NCBI GenBank assembly: GCA_045568015.1
Contig: JBJLBW010000017.1
Location: 1 to 36,310 of the forward strand
Source: Candidatus Poseidoniales archaeon
GTDB taxonomy: Archaea > Thermoplasmatota > Poseidoniia > Poseidoniales > Thalassarchaeaceae
Reading direction: 5' to 3'
DNA: 36,310 nucleotides
How positions within the stretch are numbered: the stretch's first letter is position 1; every line of letters starts with the position of its first letter. Positions 15,778 to 24,084 of this stretch are shown one piece after another. The notes beneath the pieces were generated by a model that saw only the letters and a program-made list of their open reading frames with translations, was not told the DNA's origin and ran no database searches. Both the position numbers and the translations under genes were made by a program.

Positions 15778-16464
15778 ATGTCGATTAAGGCCGTTTGTTT
15801 CGATTGTGATGGTGTTTTGATTGACACCATATCCTCTTGGAGAATAATCCACGAACATTTTGGAACAAATAGCGGGGAAATGCTGGATCGTTTCCTCCGG
15901 GGTGAAGTGACCGATGCAGAGTTCATGGCCGATGATATCGGTTTGTGGAAGAGTGTGAAACCTCAAATTCACCGAGATGAATTGATGCGTTGTTATCAGG
16001 GTGTCAAGTTGATGGATGGTGCCCGAGAACTGGTCGAAGCACTACAATCTCGTGGCATCATTGTTGCCATCGTTAGTGCTGGGGTCGATCTGCTCATAGG
16101 ATCGATTGCAAAATTGCTCAATGTCGATGATTGGATTTCCAATGGTTTCCGCTACGATGAGGATGGATATTTGTTGGATGATGGCGAGGTTAGAGTACCT
16201 GCTCATCACAAGGATGCGATGGTTGCCAAATTGGTGAGAATCCATAATTTGGAACCTTCTGAAATCGTGAGTATCGGAGACAATCATACCGATTTGAGCA
16301 TGCAAATCCCTGGTTCTGGATTTATCGGATTCAATGGGCAGAAACAGATTGCTATCGATGGATTCGCCGCCGCTGGTGTCCCGCACGTTCAGGAAAAGGA
16401 TTGCCGCCTGCTTTGGCCCCATCTCTTCGAAGGTGAGCCATTCCCCGCCGTAGGCGGGGAATGA
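15778..16464 (+). CDS. HAD-superfamily hydrolase (phosphoserine-phosphatase-like, subfamily IB type)
   Basis: Motif I is FDCDGVLIDT near the N-terminus, motif II is IVSAGV, there is a conserved Lys (HHKDAMVAKL), and motif III is IGDNHTDLSM. Confidence 0.8.
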   Translation: MSIKAVCFDCDGVLIDTISSWRIIHEHFGTNSGEMLDRFLRGEVTDAEFMADDIGLWKSVKPQIHRDELMRCYQGVKLMDGARELVEALQSRGIIVAIVSAGVDLLIGSIAKLLNVDDWISNGFRYDEDGYLLDDGEVRVPAHHKDAMVAKLVRIHNLEPSEIVSIGDNHTDLSMQIPGSGFIGFNGQKQIAIDGFAAAGVPHVQEKDCRLLWPHLFEGEPFPAVGGE

Positions 16465-16495
16465 GTCAAAGGCGAGATAGTCACGTCAGATACCA

Positions 16496-19087
16496 ATGGA
16501 GAGGCGCTGTTTCCCTCTATTCCTCGCGTTGCTTCTCCTATTGCCCTCGGCGATTGCTGCGGCCGAGGAAGAATCCAACATCACTCTAGATGTGTGGCAT
16601 TCATTTGCAGCCGAAAGCCAAGAAGAGGCCGCTTTCCTTGATGCAATTGGTCAGTTTGAATCTCTCAATCCAGACATCAAAGTCGAGGTTACAGGGGTGC
16701 CATTTGGTGACATCGACCAATTGTATCTCACCGCAGCTCAGGGTGGAGAAGCACCCGACCTTGTCCGACTTTCCAGTGACCAATTGGGCGAAATTGGTGA
16801 AGTCCGAGTCGATGGATATCCCTTGTTAGAAGACCTCCGCCCTCACCTCACACCATCTGAACGAGCGATCTTTGACAGCAAGGCGTTACAGTCGATGCGA
16901 TATGGCGATGCTTTGTATGGTATTCCTGCCAGCCAAGATTGTCTTTCATTGCTTTACAATCGTGCGCTTTTCGATGCTGAAGGCATTGCTTATCCCGATG
17001 AAAGTTGGACTCAGAATGACATGCTATCGGCGGCTGAAAATCTCACTCAAGGGGATGTGTATGGTCTTGCGGTGCCCACCAAGGTTGCGTATTGGTGGTT
17101 CCCATTTCAGGCCGGTTTTGGAGGGGAGTTGTTCGATGAATCTGGCGATCCAACTCTTTCGTCAAACGGAAGCGCTCAAGCATTGGATTGGTATCTCTCA
17201 CTTGAGCAAGTGCATGGTGTCGTTCGCACTGGGACTGTCGGCGAGACCATGGAATCTCAATTCATCCAATCCGAAGCAGCCATGATCGTCGATGGGCCTT
17301 GGAATTGGGCCACATACGAGGCTGGGCGCCTCGACGTTGGTCAAACCCTCCTTCCAATCATCGAGGAAACTGGATTGCGTTCATCCCCCCTTGTCACCTA
17401 CAAGGGATGGTCCGTTTCAAAACAAAGTGAACAGAAAATCGCCTCAACAAATCTGGCATTATTTCTCTCATCACCTTCGGTTCAGAAGGCGTTCGCTCTC
17501 GATACGATGACAATGCCAACCGCGGTTGAAACCGCTGCAGATCCAGACGTGCAAGCAGATTCAGTTCTCTCTGGGTTCCTAGCGCAAGCCGGAGTGGCCA
17601 CGCCAGCTCCAACAACACGGGCCATGTCGATTGTTTACGGCCCTCTAGGGACTGCATTTGAGCAGGTTCACGGTGGAAGTGCAAGTGCTCAGGAAGCGCT
17701 TGAAGGCGCCAATACGGAAATGGGTAATCTGTTGTCCTCGCAATCGACCTCTGAGCCATTCCCATTGTCGCCAGGTTACAGGACGATCGACATTTCTGTC
17801 CCGGTCGATCCTTTGGCAATTTCATACCATGTCTTTGTGGACAACACATCCCATTCATTCCTCTCGGTTGGTGGAGTCGGAATTGAGGGTGCAGGATACG
17901 ATTCTTGCACATCTGATGGTATTGAACTTCAGCGGTTCGACAGTGTTGCGATCGTCCCTCAATCCGCCGAAAATTGGACGTGTGGCCTGACCGGAATGAT
18001 TCCTGATCGAATCCACCAAATTCAGGTATTCGTGGATTACGGTGGTGCTGCTGAGCCTACACTTCACTTTACCATGAATGCCTCCACATCTGTGGGTGAC
18101 ATCCTTCCACCTTCACCCGATACGAGTCCAATTCTATTCGCAATCGGTTCTATCGTCGTTTCTTTGGTGGCGGTTTTGGCCGTACTTCGATGGAGAGATG
18201 CAAATGCAGGTCGACATCGAGGCAAACTCGCGCACGCTTACATCGCTCCGGCATTAATTGCTCTCGCAGTGTTGACCTTCTATCCTGTAATCTACGGAAT
18301 TTGGTTGTCCTTTACCGATGCCGATCAAAGTCATCTAGGTGACAATGCTTGGGTTGGTATAGAGAACTTCGTCACGGTCCTAACATCCTCAGGATTCCTC
18401 CGAGTGACACTGTTCACACTGATTTGGACCGTGACCAACGTGGTTGCCCACGTTGCAATCGGCCTAGGATTGGCCCTTGCTCTTGACAACCCTCACGTGC
18501 GCGGAAGGACCGCATACCGCACCGCGCTCTTACTTCCATGGGCGATCCCATCGTATATTTCGGTCCTCGTTTGGAAAGGAATGTTACAACCAGAGGGCCT
18601 TATTGATTCAGTATTGGGGACCGATTTTGAGATGCTCGCAGACCCGTCTGGGGCGAAAACACTGGTCATCCTTGTCAATATCTGGTTGGGTGTCCCATTC
18701 ATGATGATGTCACTGAGTGGGGCGATTCAGGCCTTACCCGGTGAAATGTATGAGGCTGCAGAGGTTGATGGAATCAGTCATTGGGACCAATTCAAACACC
18801 TCACACTCCCCAATCTGAAGAGTGCGATTGTTCCATTGAGTCTTCTTGGCTTCATTTGGACGTTCAACATGTTCAATGTGATTTATTTGATGACGGATGG
18901 AGGTCCCAATCTACGATTTGGTGAACCGGGTGAAACCGATATTCTGATCACATACGTTTACGATGTCGCCTTCCGCGATGGAGCCTACGGTGTGGCTGCA
19001 GCTTGGTCGGTTGTCATCTTCCTCATGCTCGTGGTATTTTCATGGGTCTACATGAAACGAACCAATGCGACGGAGGCGAGTGCATGA
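16496..19087 (+). CDS. Fusion protein: CUT1-family sugar solute-binding protein + unknown beta-rich domain + TM anchor + MalF-like ABC permease
   Basis: The signal peptide is MERRCFPLFLALLLLLPSAIAAA. The MalE-like SBP domain spans 16496 to about 17735 (ITLDVWHSF...EAAFLDAIGQFESLNPDIKVEV...APDLVRL..., WSVSKQS). An unassigned domain follows to about 18120, then TM helix ILFAIGSIVVSLVAVLAVL (18131-18187) and the basic loop RWRDANAGRHRGK. The permease core from about 18221 has the EAA loop YEAAEVDGISHWDQFKHLTLPNLK. There is no in-frame ATG at the junction. Confidence 0.85.
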   Translation: MERRCFPLFLALLLLLPSAIAAAEEESNITLDVWHSFAAESQEEAAFLDAIGQFESLNPDIKVEVTGVPFGDIDQLYLTAAQGGEAPDLVRLSSDQLGEIGEVRVDGYPLLEDLRPHLTPSERAIFDSKALQSMRYGDALYGIPASQDCLSLLYNRALFDAEGIAYPDESWTQNDMLSAAENLTQGDVYGLAVPTKVAYWWFPFQAGFGGELFDESGDPTLSSNGSAQALDWYLSLEQVHGVVRTGTVGETMESQFIQSEAAMIVDGPWNWATYEAGRLDVGQTLLPIIEETGLRSSPLVTYKGWSVSKQSEQKIASTNLALFLSSPSVQKAFALDTMTMPTAVETAADPDVQADSVLSGFLAQAGVATPAPTTRAMSIVYGPLGTAFEQVHGGSASAQEALEGANTEMGNLLSSQSTSEPFPLSPGYRTIDISVPVDPLAISYHVFVDNTSHSFLSVGGVGIEGAGYDSCTSDGIELQRFDSVAIVPQSAENWTCGLTGMIPDRIHQIQVFVDYGGAAEPTLHFTMNASTSVGDILPPSPDTSPILFAIGSIVVSLVAVLAVLRWRDANAGRHRGKLAHAYIAPALIALAVLTFYPVIYGIWLSFTDADQSHLGDNAWVGIENFVTVLTSSGFLRVTLFTLIWTVTNVVAHVAIGLGLALALDNPHVRGRTAYRTALLLPWAIPSYISVLVWKGMLQPEGLIDSVLGTDFEMLADPSGAKTLVILVNIWLGVPFMMMSLSGAIQALPGEMYEAAEVDGISHWDQFKHLTLPNLKSAIVPLSLLGFIWTFNMFNVIYLMTDGGPNLRFGEPGETDILITYVYDVAFRDGAYGVAAAWSVVIFLMLVVFSWVYMKRTNATEASA

Positions 19088-20331
19088 AGTCACTTTCTCA
19101 ACAGTGGTATGTTCCACAAGAAATCGTTGCAATGCGGCTATGGTTACCGGTCGCAATTGGCATGAATTTCTTACTCTCAAGCATTGAATGGATTCGGGGC
19201 GATTCATTTGCCTTGCAACTCTCATTGCTAGGTGCAGCCGCATTGTTCGTGCTTTGGTTGGTTCTTCCAGATGGTGAGCAGGCATGGAAGCGAGATGTGG
19301 CCATGGGGAAAGCGGGTCTCGTCCTGATCATCGGTGTCATTCACTATGCGGCTGGAATGAGAATGGCCATTGATCTGTGGTCTACACTATGGTTGGTTGG
19401 ACCTGCACTTCTTGCCCTCTGGTGGCTTTCTTCTCCCGTGATATCGGCTTGGGCCAAGGGGTCGTTATCGATGCGAGGTGCAGAGGACGGTTTGGCTAGA
19501 AATAAGCGCATAGCACCACGTTTAGGCGAAGCGGGATCCCACATATTGCTGATTCATGCGGTCATGCTTGTCCTCATCCCTGTAATGTGGATTCTCGATG
19601 TCGCGATGTCACCTGGAAATATCCTTGGTGGAGACATTGGGATTTCCGATTGGACGGGAGAGCATTTCACAAAGATGCTCGCAGGGGATTCAAGTTTCTG
19701 GATTTGGATGCGCAACTCATTGATTGTCAGCCTCGGTACAACGCTGATGGGACTTGCTCTTGCAGTTCCCGCGGCCTATGCTTTCAGCCGATTCCGGTTC
19801 TCAGGACGTGAAGGATCGATGTTCGCATTTTTGCTGGTACAAATGTTCCCTGGGATCATCATCCTCGTTCCCTACTTCATGGTGATGAAATCGCTTGGGT
19901 TGCTGAATACCAGCCTCGGCCTCATCCTTGCTTATTCTGTAACAGCGTTGCCACTTTGTGTGTGGATGCTGAAGGGCTTCTTCGACACCGTACCTAGGGA
20001 ACTCGAAGAAGCCGCACTTCTGGACGGATGCAATCAATTCCAAGTATTCTGGAAAGTCATCTTACCTCTTTCACTCCCGGCTGTGGCCGTAACGGCCTTG
20101 TTCAGTTTCTTAGCGGCATGGAACGAATATCTTCTGGCTTTGACATTCAATACCTCAAATGACATGTACACACTTCCTGTTGGATTGGCCAGTCTGATTT
20201 CATCGACAGGTCAAGCATGGGGTGATTTCGCCGCAGCCTCTCTCCTCGTCAGCATCCCAGTGGTGATTTTATTCATCGTTTTCCAGAAATTCCTGATTCA
20301 GGGCCTCAGCGCAGGGAGCGTCAAAGGGTGA
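19084..20331 (+). CDS. MalG-like ABC sugar permease with an N-terminal multi-TM extension of about 150 aa
   Basis: ATG 19084 overlaps the upstream stop (ATGA), so it is preferred over the longer track ORF start at 19003. The EAA loop is EEAALLDGCNQFQVFWKVILPLSLP. About four extra hydrophobic helices precede the canonical first helix (HILLIHAVMLVLIPVMWIL). Confidence 0.85.
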   Translation: MKSLSQQWYVPQEIVAMRLWLPVAIGMNFLLSSIEWIRGDSFALQLSLLGAAALFVLWLVLPDGEQAWKRDVAMGKAGLVLIIGVIHYAAGMRMAIDLWSTLWLVGPALLALWWLSSPVISAWAKGSLSMRGAEDGLARNKRIAPRLGEAGSHILLIHAVMLVLIPVMWILDVAMSPGNILGGDIGISDWTGEHFTKMLAGDSSFWIWMRNSLIVSLGTTLMGLALAVPAAYAFSRFRFSGREGSMFAFLLVQMFPGIIILVPYFMVMKSLGLLNTSLGLILAYSVTALPLCVWMLKGFFDTVPRELEEAALLDGCNQFQVFWKVILPLSLPAVAVTALFSFLAAWNEYLLALTFNTSNDMYTLPVGLASLISSTGQAWGDFAAASLLVSIPVVILFIVFQKFLIQGLSAGSVKG

Positions 20332-20335
20332 TACA

Positions 20336-21109
20336 ATGGTCGAAGTACGATATGAAAGTGTAACAAAACGATACGAGAACGAGTTCGAGGCTGTCAAGGA
20401 CCTCAATCTCGAGGTGAAAGATGGCGAATTCCTCGTTCTTCTCGGGCCGAGTGGTTGTGGTAAATCCACGACTTTGCGCATGCTCGCAGGCCTTGAAGAC
20501 ATCAGTGAAGGCAACATCATGATCGATGGTGCCAAAGTGAACGATTTGCCACCAGGGGCACGTGGTTTGGGTATGGTTTTCCAATCGTATGCACTTTATC
20601 CACACATGTCGATTGCAGAGAATCTCTCATTCGGTCTGCGGATGGCCAAAGGCGAAGAAAGGTTGTCAGACGAAGAGATTGTCAAACGGGTTCAGGAGAC
20701 GGCCAAATTGATGGAGCTGGAGGATCAACTCGACAAGAAACCAAAGCAACTCTCCGGTGGACAGCGCCAACGTGTTGCTTTGGGTCGAGCCCTTATTCGG
20801 CAACCGAAAGTACTGCTCATGGATGAACCATTGTCCAATTTAGACGCTGAGTTGCGACACCAGATGCGCGCAGAAATCCGCCGCCTGCATGAGACACTTG
20901 GAACCACAACCGTCTATGTCACCCACGATCAGATTGAAGCGATGACATTGGCCGACCGTATCGCGATTCTTGATCGGGGGGAATTGCAACAACATGGCGC
21001 GCCGTTGGACGTTTACAACCACCCAGCAAATGATTTTGTCAAGGGATTCTTGTGTAAACACATAGACGAAATAGTTGAGACTGCAAACAACCTCTTCCCG
21101 AAGGAGTGA
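20336..21109 (+). CDS. malK: ABC transporter ATP-binding protein, MalK/UgpC-like nucleotide-binding domain only (257 aa)
   Basis: Motifs present are Walker A GPSGCGKST, Q-loop VFQSYALYP, signature LSGGQRQRVALGRAL, Walker B LLMDEPLSNLD and H-loop VTHDQ. The protein ends soon after NDFVKGFL, where the MalK regulatory domain normally begins. Confidence 0.9.
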   Translation: MVEVRYESVTKRYENEFEAVKDLNLEVKDGEFLVLLGPSGCGKSTTLRMLAGLEDISEGNIMIDGAKVNDLPPGARGLGMVFQSYALYPHMSIAENLSFGLRMAKGEERLSDEEIVKRVQETAKLMELEDQLDKKPKQLSGGQRQRVALGRALIRQPKVLLMDEPLSNLDAELRHQMRAEIRRLHETLGTTTVYVTHDQIEAMTLADRIAILDRGELQQHGAPLDVYNHPANDFVKGFLCKHIDEIVETANNLFPKE

Positions 21110-21114
21110 GACAC

Positions 21115-24084
21115 ATGCGAAAGGCGGTTCTGTTGGTTGCATTGCTTATTGCATCGACACTTCCCGCATATGTTTCCGCTGATGGTGACCCTGTTCGCCA
21201 ACGTCAAACCTTGACGGACTTTTCGTGGTCAGGAAATGCATCCTCTGTGCAAATTTCGGGTGAATGGGATGATTGGTTGGTCCGCACCGATTTCCTTGAA
21301 GTCGAAGGCGAGTGGACCGCTTCACTTGATTTGGAGCCCGGAATGTACTGCTACAAGTTGATTGTCGATGACAATTGGACATTTGATCCGGCCGAACCCT
21401 ATCGTGGTTATTGCGGCGATTTTGAGAACAGCGTTGTTAGAGTCCCCGATACGTCCAAACCCATGTTTACACACAGTATTGAGAACGATTTGCTAACCGT
21501 ACTTTGGCATGCTGGATCAAGTGGTGGAGCACCACAATCGACCCCATTCGCCCTGGCCACAGGACTTTGGGATGAACCCACATGGACTTGGACCCTTGAT
21601 TTGAGTACCTTGCCCGAAGGCAAGAACACGTTGCACATTACTGGCGAGGATGTGGATGGCAATATCGCTGAAGATCTACTCTTGCCCTTTTGGAATGGTC
21701 CAATGGCCGATTTTGAATGGGAAGATGCCCTGATTTACATGATCATGACCGACCGCTTCGTCAATGGTGAGGGGGCAAATGACCCTGAACCAACCAATGC
21801 TTCTCAAGGAGCGGATTGGCAAGGCGGGGACTTCGCTGGTGTGACCCAAATGATTCAATCTGGTTATTTTACAGACCTTGGGGTCAATGCACTTTGGTTG
21901 ACACCATTCAACACGGGTGCCAGTGGAACTGGGCTTGCTGGTGACGATGAGCATCGAGTTTCTGCATACCATGGGTATTGGCCGGTAGCCGCCAGAGAAG
22001 TCGACCCCCGATTGGGCACAGAGGCCGAATTGCATGCTCTAATCGATTCGGCCCATGATGCTGGAATCCGAATCATGGGTGATTTTGTCATCAACCATGT
22101 TCACGAAGATCATCCATATTACTCCGACAACCCCGAATGGTTCAACGAAGGTTGTTTGTGCGGCGAGGAAAACTGTGGTTGGACCGAGCACCGCCTCGAT
22201 TGTATGTTCCGCCCGTACATGCCCGATGTCAATTGGCGTGTGCGGAATGCCAGTGAGCAATTCATTGCCGATGTGATGTGGTGGTTGGAAACTTTTGATC
22301 TCGACGGAGGTCGATTAGATGCCGTCAAACACGTTGATGACCTGGCGATTGCAAATCTCGCTGTTCAAATCAATGAACGCTTTGAAACTGCAGGAACCGA
22401 TTATTTCCTCAAAGGAGAGACCGCCATGGGTTGGGCCGGCCATTCATTGGAAGACAATGCCGATGAATACGGCACGATCAATCGATACATTGGGTCGGAC
22501 GGACTCGATGGCCAAGCAGATTTCGTCCTCTATCATGCCGTGGTGGATAATGTATTCACATCAGGGGATATGGATTATCAGCATCTCGATTATTGGACCA
22601 ATCGTAGCCAAGATCAGTATGTCGATGGCGCTACGATGGTGCCTTTTGTTGGCAGCCATGATGTGCCACGCTTCGCCAGTCGGGCAGACACAGGGACCGC
22701 AGACGAATGGAATCAATGGGTCGAGGATGGATTGCCCGGCCAACCTGGCACAGACGCGCCTTATGTGACTGCATTACAAGCGTATACCTGGCTGTTGACA
22801 ACACCGGGAGCTGCAGCGATTTACCAGGGCGATGAATATGGCGAATATGGTGGCGCTGACCCTGACAACCGGCATATGCTACGAGGAACTGCAGATTTGA
22901 GTGATAACGAGATTGCTCTGAGGGAGAATATCAGCGCACTCGGTCAGTTGAGATTGCAATCCGAAGCACTTCGACGGGGCACTTACTCGTCTCTATCCAG
23001 TGACCTTGACACGATTGCTTGGTCGATGTCTACCGATTCTGACGAAGCGGTGATCGCGATGAACCGAGGGGTTGCGGAAACTGAATTCGACCTCGACCTC
23101 GATTGGTTCGCGAACGATTCTTTGAATGGAATCCCCATGGATTCTGAACACCGATTTACGCTAGGACCACACAGTGTCGCAATTTTCCTGAAGCCCGGCG
23201 AAATAATCGACATCCAACCCGACTCCGACGGCCATTGTCTCATTCTCGACAACCTCAGCGTCAATCAGACACTATACATCACGCTCGACTTGGTCAACAC
23301 CTGTGATGACGGTCTCCATTATCCAGGCGTCAATGCCACATCCGATCACCCCGATGTGACAGGTTTCTTCGATGGTCTAGAGTGGTACTATGGTATCCCT
23401 GGTAACGCAACCTATCCCTACCAATGGCAACTCTCTGTCGACCCCTCTGTGCCCAATGGTACAGTGGTCACCCTCACCTTCGAAGCGGGTTTGCTTTCGT
23501 GTGGTCCAGATGGTTGGCACGATTGTCCGAATTCAACTCTGCAACATACTTTCACCGTAGTGTGGCCAGATAATGGAACAAACAACACAGAGCCCGAACC
23601 CGAGCCTGAGCCCGAACCCGAACCCGAACCTGAGCCCGAACCTGAGCCAGAGCCCGAACCTGAGCCCGAACCTGAACCGGTGGATACTGATGGGGACGGG
23701 ATTCCAAACACCCAGGATGAGTGTCCAGATCATTTCGGCTATTCGGAGCACCAGGGGTGTGCAGAATGTTTACCCACACCTGAGTTGGTTCCGTGCCCCT
23801 GTGGGTCCTCTGTAGGTTGGGAGGGGATGTGCACCTGTACCTGCAATGATGACGGAACGCTTGAGGGCCACATGGATAATGGAACATTTGGGACTCCATG
23901 GATTGAAAATGAGAGTGAATCTGAAGGAGAAGATGGTGAATCAACTACCTCGAGTTCTGGAGGAATGACGACCGCCCAAATGGTGAGGGTCATGTTAGGT
24001 GTCTTGACACTCATAGCCGGAATATTCCTCATCACGCTGGTAGTTCGTTCTCGCAATCAGGATGATGAAGGGAAATTTGAGTAG
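21115..24084 (+). CDS. Membrane-anchored extracellular GH13 alpha-amylase-family enzyme with N-terminal CBM48/E-set-like domain, EP linker, TSP3-like and Cys-rich segments
   Basis: AAGGAG lies 8 nt upstream of ATG 21115 (the track start GTG 21106 is less likely). The signal peptide is MRKAVLLVALLIASTLPAYVSA. The glycogen-binding-like segment is FSWSGNASSVQISGEWDDW...YCYKLIVDDNWTFDP. GH13 regions are DRFVNGE, GGDFAGV...LGVNALWLTPF, YHGYW, DFVINHV, GGRLDAVKHV, KGETAMGW and FVGSHDVPRF. The C-terminal TM is VMLGVLTLIAGIFLITLVV. Confidence 0.9.
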   Translation: MRKAVLLVALLIASTLPAYVSADGDPVRQRQTLTDFSWSGNASSVQISGEWDDWLVRTDFLEVEGEWTASLDLEPGMYCYKLIVDDNWTFDPAEPYRGYCGDFENSVVRVPDTSKPMFTHSIENDLLTVLWHAGSSGGAPQSTPFALATGLWDEPTWTWTLDLSTLPEGKNTLHITGEDVDGNIAEDLLLPFWNGPMADFEWEDALIYMIMTDRFVNGEGANDPEPTNASQGADWQGGDFAGVTQMIQSGYFTDLGVNALWLTPFNTGASGTGLAGDDEHRVSAYHGYWPVAAREVDPRLGTEAELHALIDSAHDAGIRIMGDFVINHVHEDHPYYSDNPEWFNEGCLCGEENCGWTEHRLDCMFRPYMPDVNWRVRNASEQFIADVMWWLETFDLDGGRLDAVKHVDDLAIANLAVQINERFETAGTDYFLKGETAMGWAGHSLEDNADEYGTINRYIGSDGLDGQADFVLYHAVVDNVFTSGDMDYQHLDYWTNRSQDQYVDGATMVPFVGSHDVPRFASRADTGTADEWNQWVEDGLPGQPGTDAPYVTALQAYTWLLTTPGAAAIYQGDEYGEYGGADPDNRHMLRGTADLSDNEIALRENISALGQLRLQSEALRRGTYSSLSSDLDTIAWSMSTDSDEAVIAMNRGVAETEFDLDLDWFANDSLNGIPMDSEHRFTLGPHSVAIFLKPGEIIDIQPDSDGHCLILDNLSVNQTLYITLDLVNTCDDGLHYPGVNATSDHPDVTGFFDGLEWYYGIPGNATYPYQWQLSVDPSVPNGTVVTLTFEAGLLSCGPDGWHDCPNSTLQHTFTVVWPDNGTNNTEPEPEPEPEPEPEPEPEPEPEPEPEPEPEPVDTDGDGIPNTQDECPDHFGYSEHQGCAECLPTPELVPCPCGSSVGWEGMCTCTCNDDGTLEGHMDNGTFGTPWIENESESEGEDGESTTSSSGGMTTAQMVRVMLGVLTLIAGIFLITLVVRSRNQDDEGKFE
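23590..23679 (+). repeat. Hexanucleotide (GAR-CCN) tandem repeat encoding (Glu-Pro)x15 linker inside the GH13 gene
   Basis: gagcccgaacccgagcctgagccc... runs for 90 nt and translates to EPEPEP... between the unassigned C-terminal domain and DTDGDGIPNTQDECPD. Confidence 0.95.

Noticed and set aside
15495-15972. Minus-strand ORFs (143 and 149 aa) spanning the giant-gene stop, the hairpin spacer and the HAD start
   Set aside because: They overlap two well-supported plus-strand genes and read through three palindromes. They are Arg/Pro/Gly-rich with no motifs.
19003-19083. Longer start for the MalG-like gene at 19003
   Set aside because: It would overlap the upstream permease by 85 nt. ATG 19084 forms the classic ATGA stop/start overlap, and the extra residues are not hydrophobic or conserved-looking.
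23590-23679. Tandem repeat as a possible CRISPR array or mobile-element terminal repeat
   Set aside because: The unit is only 6 nt with no spacers. It is in frame inside a well-supported gene and simply encodes an EP linker.
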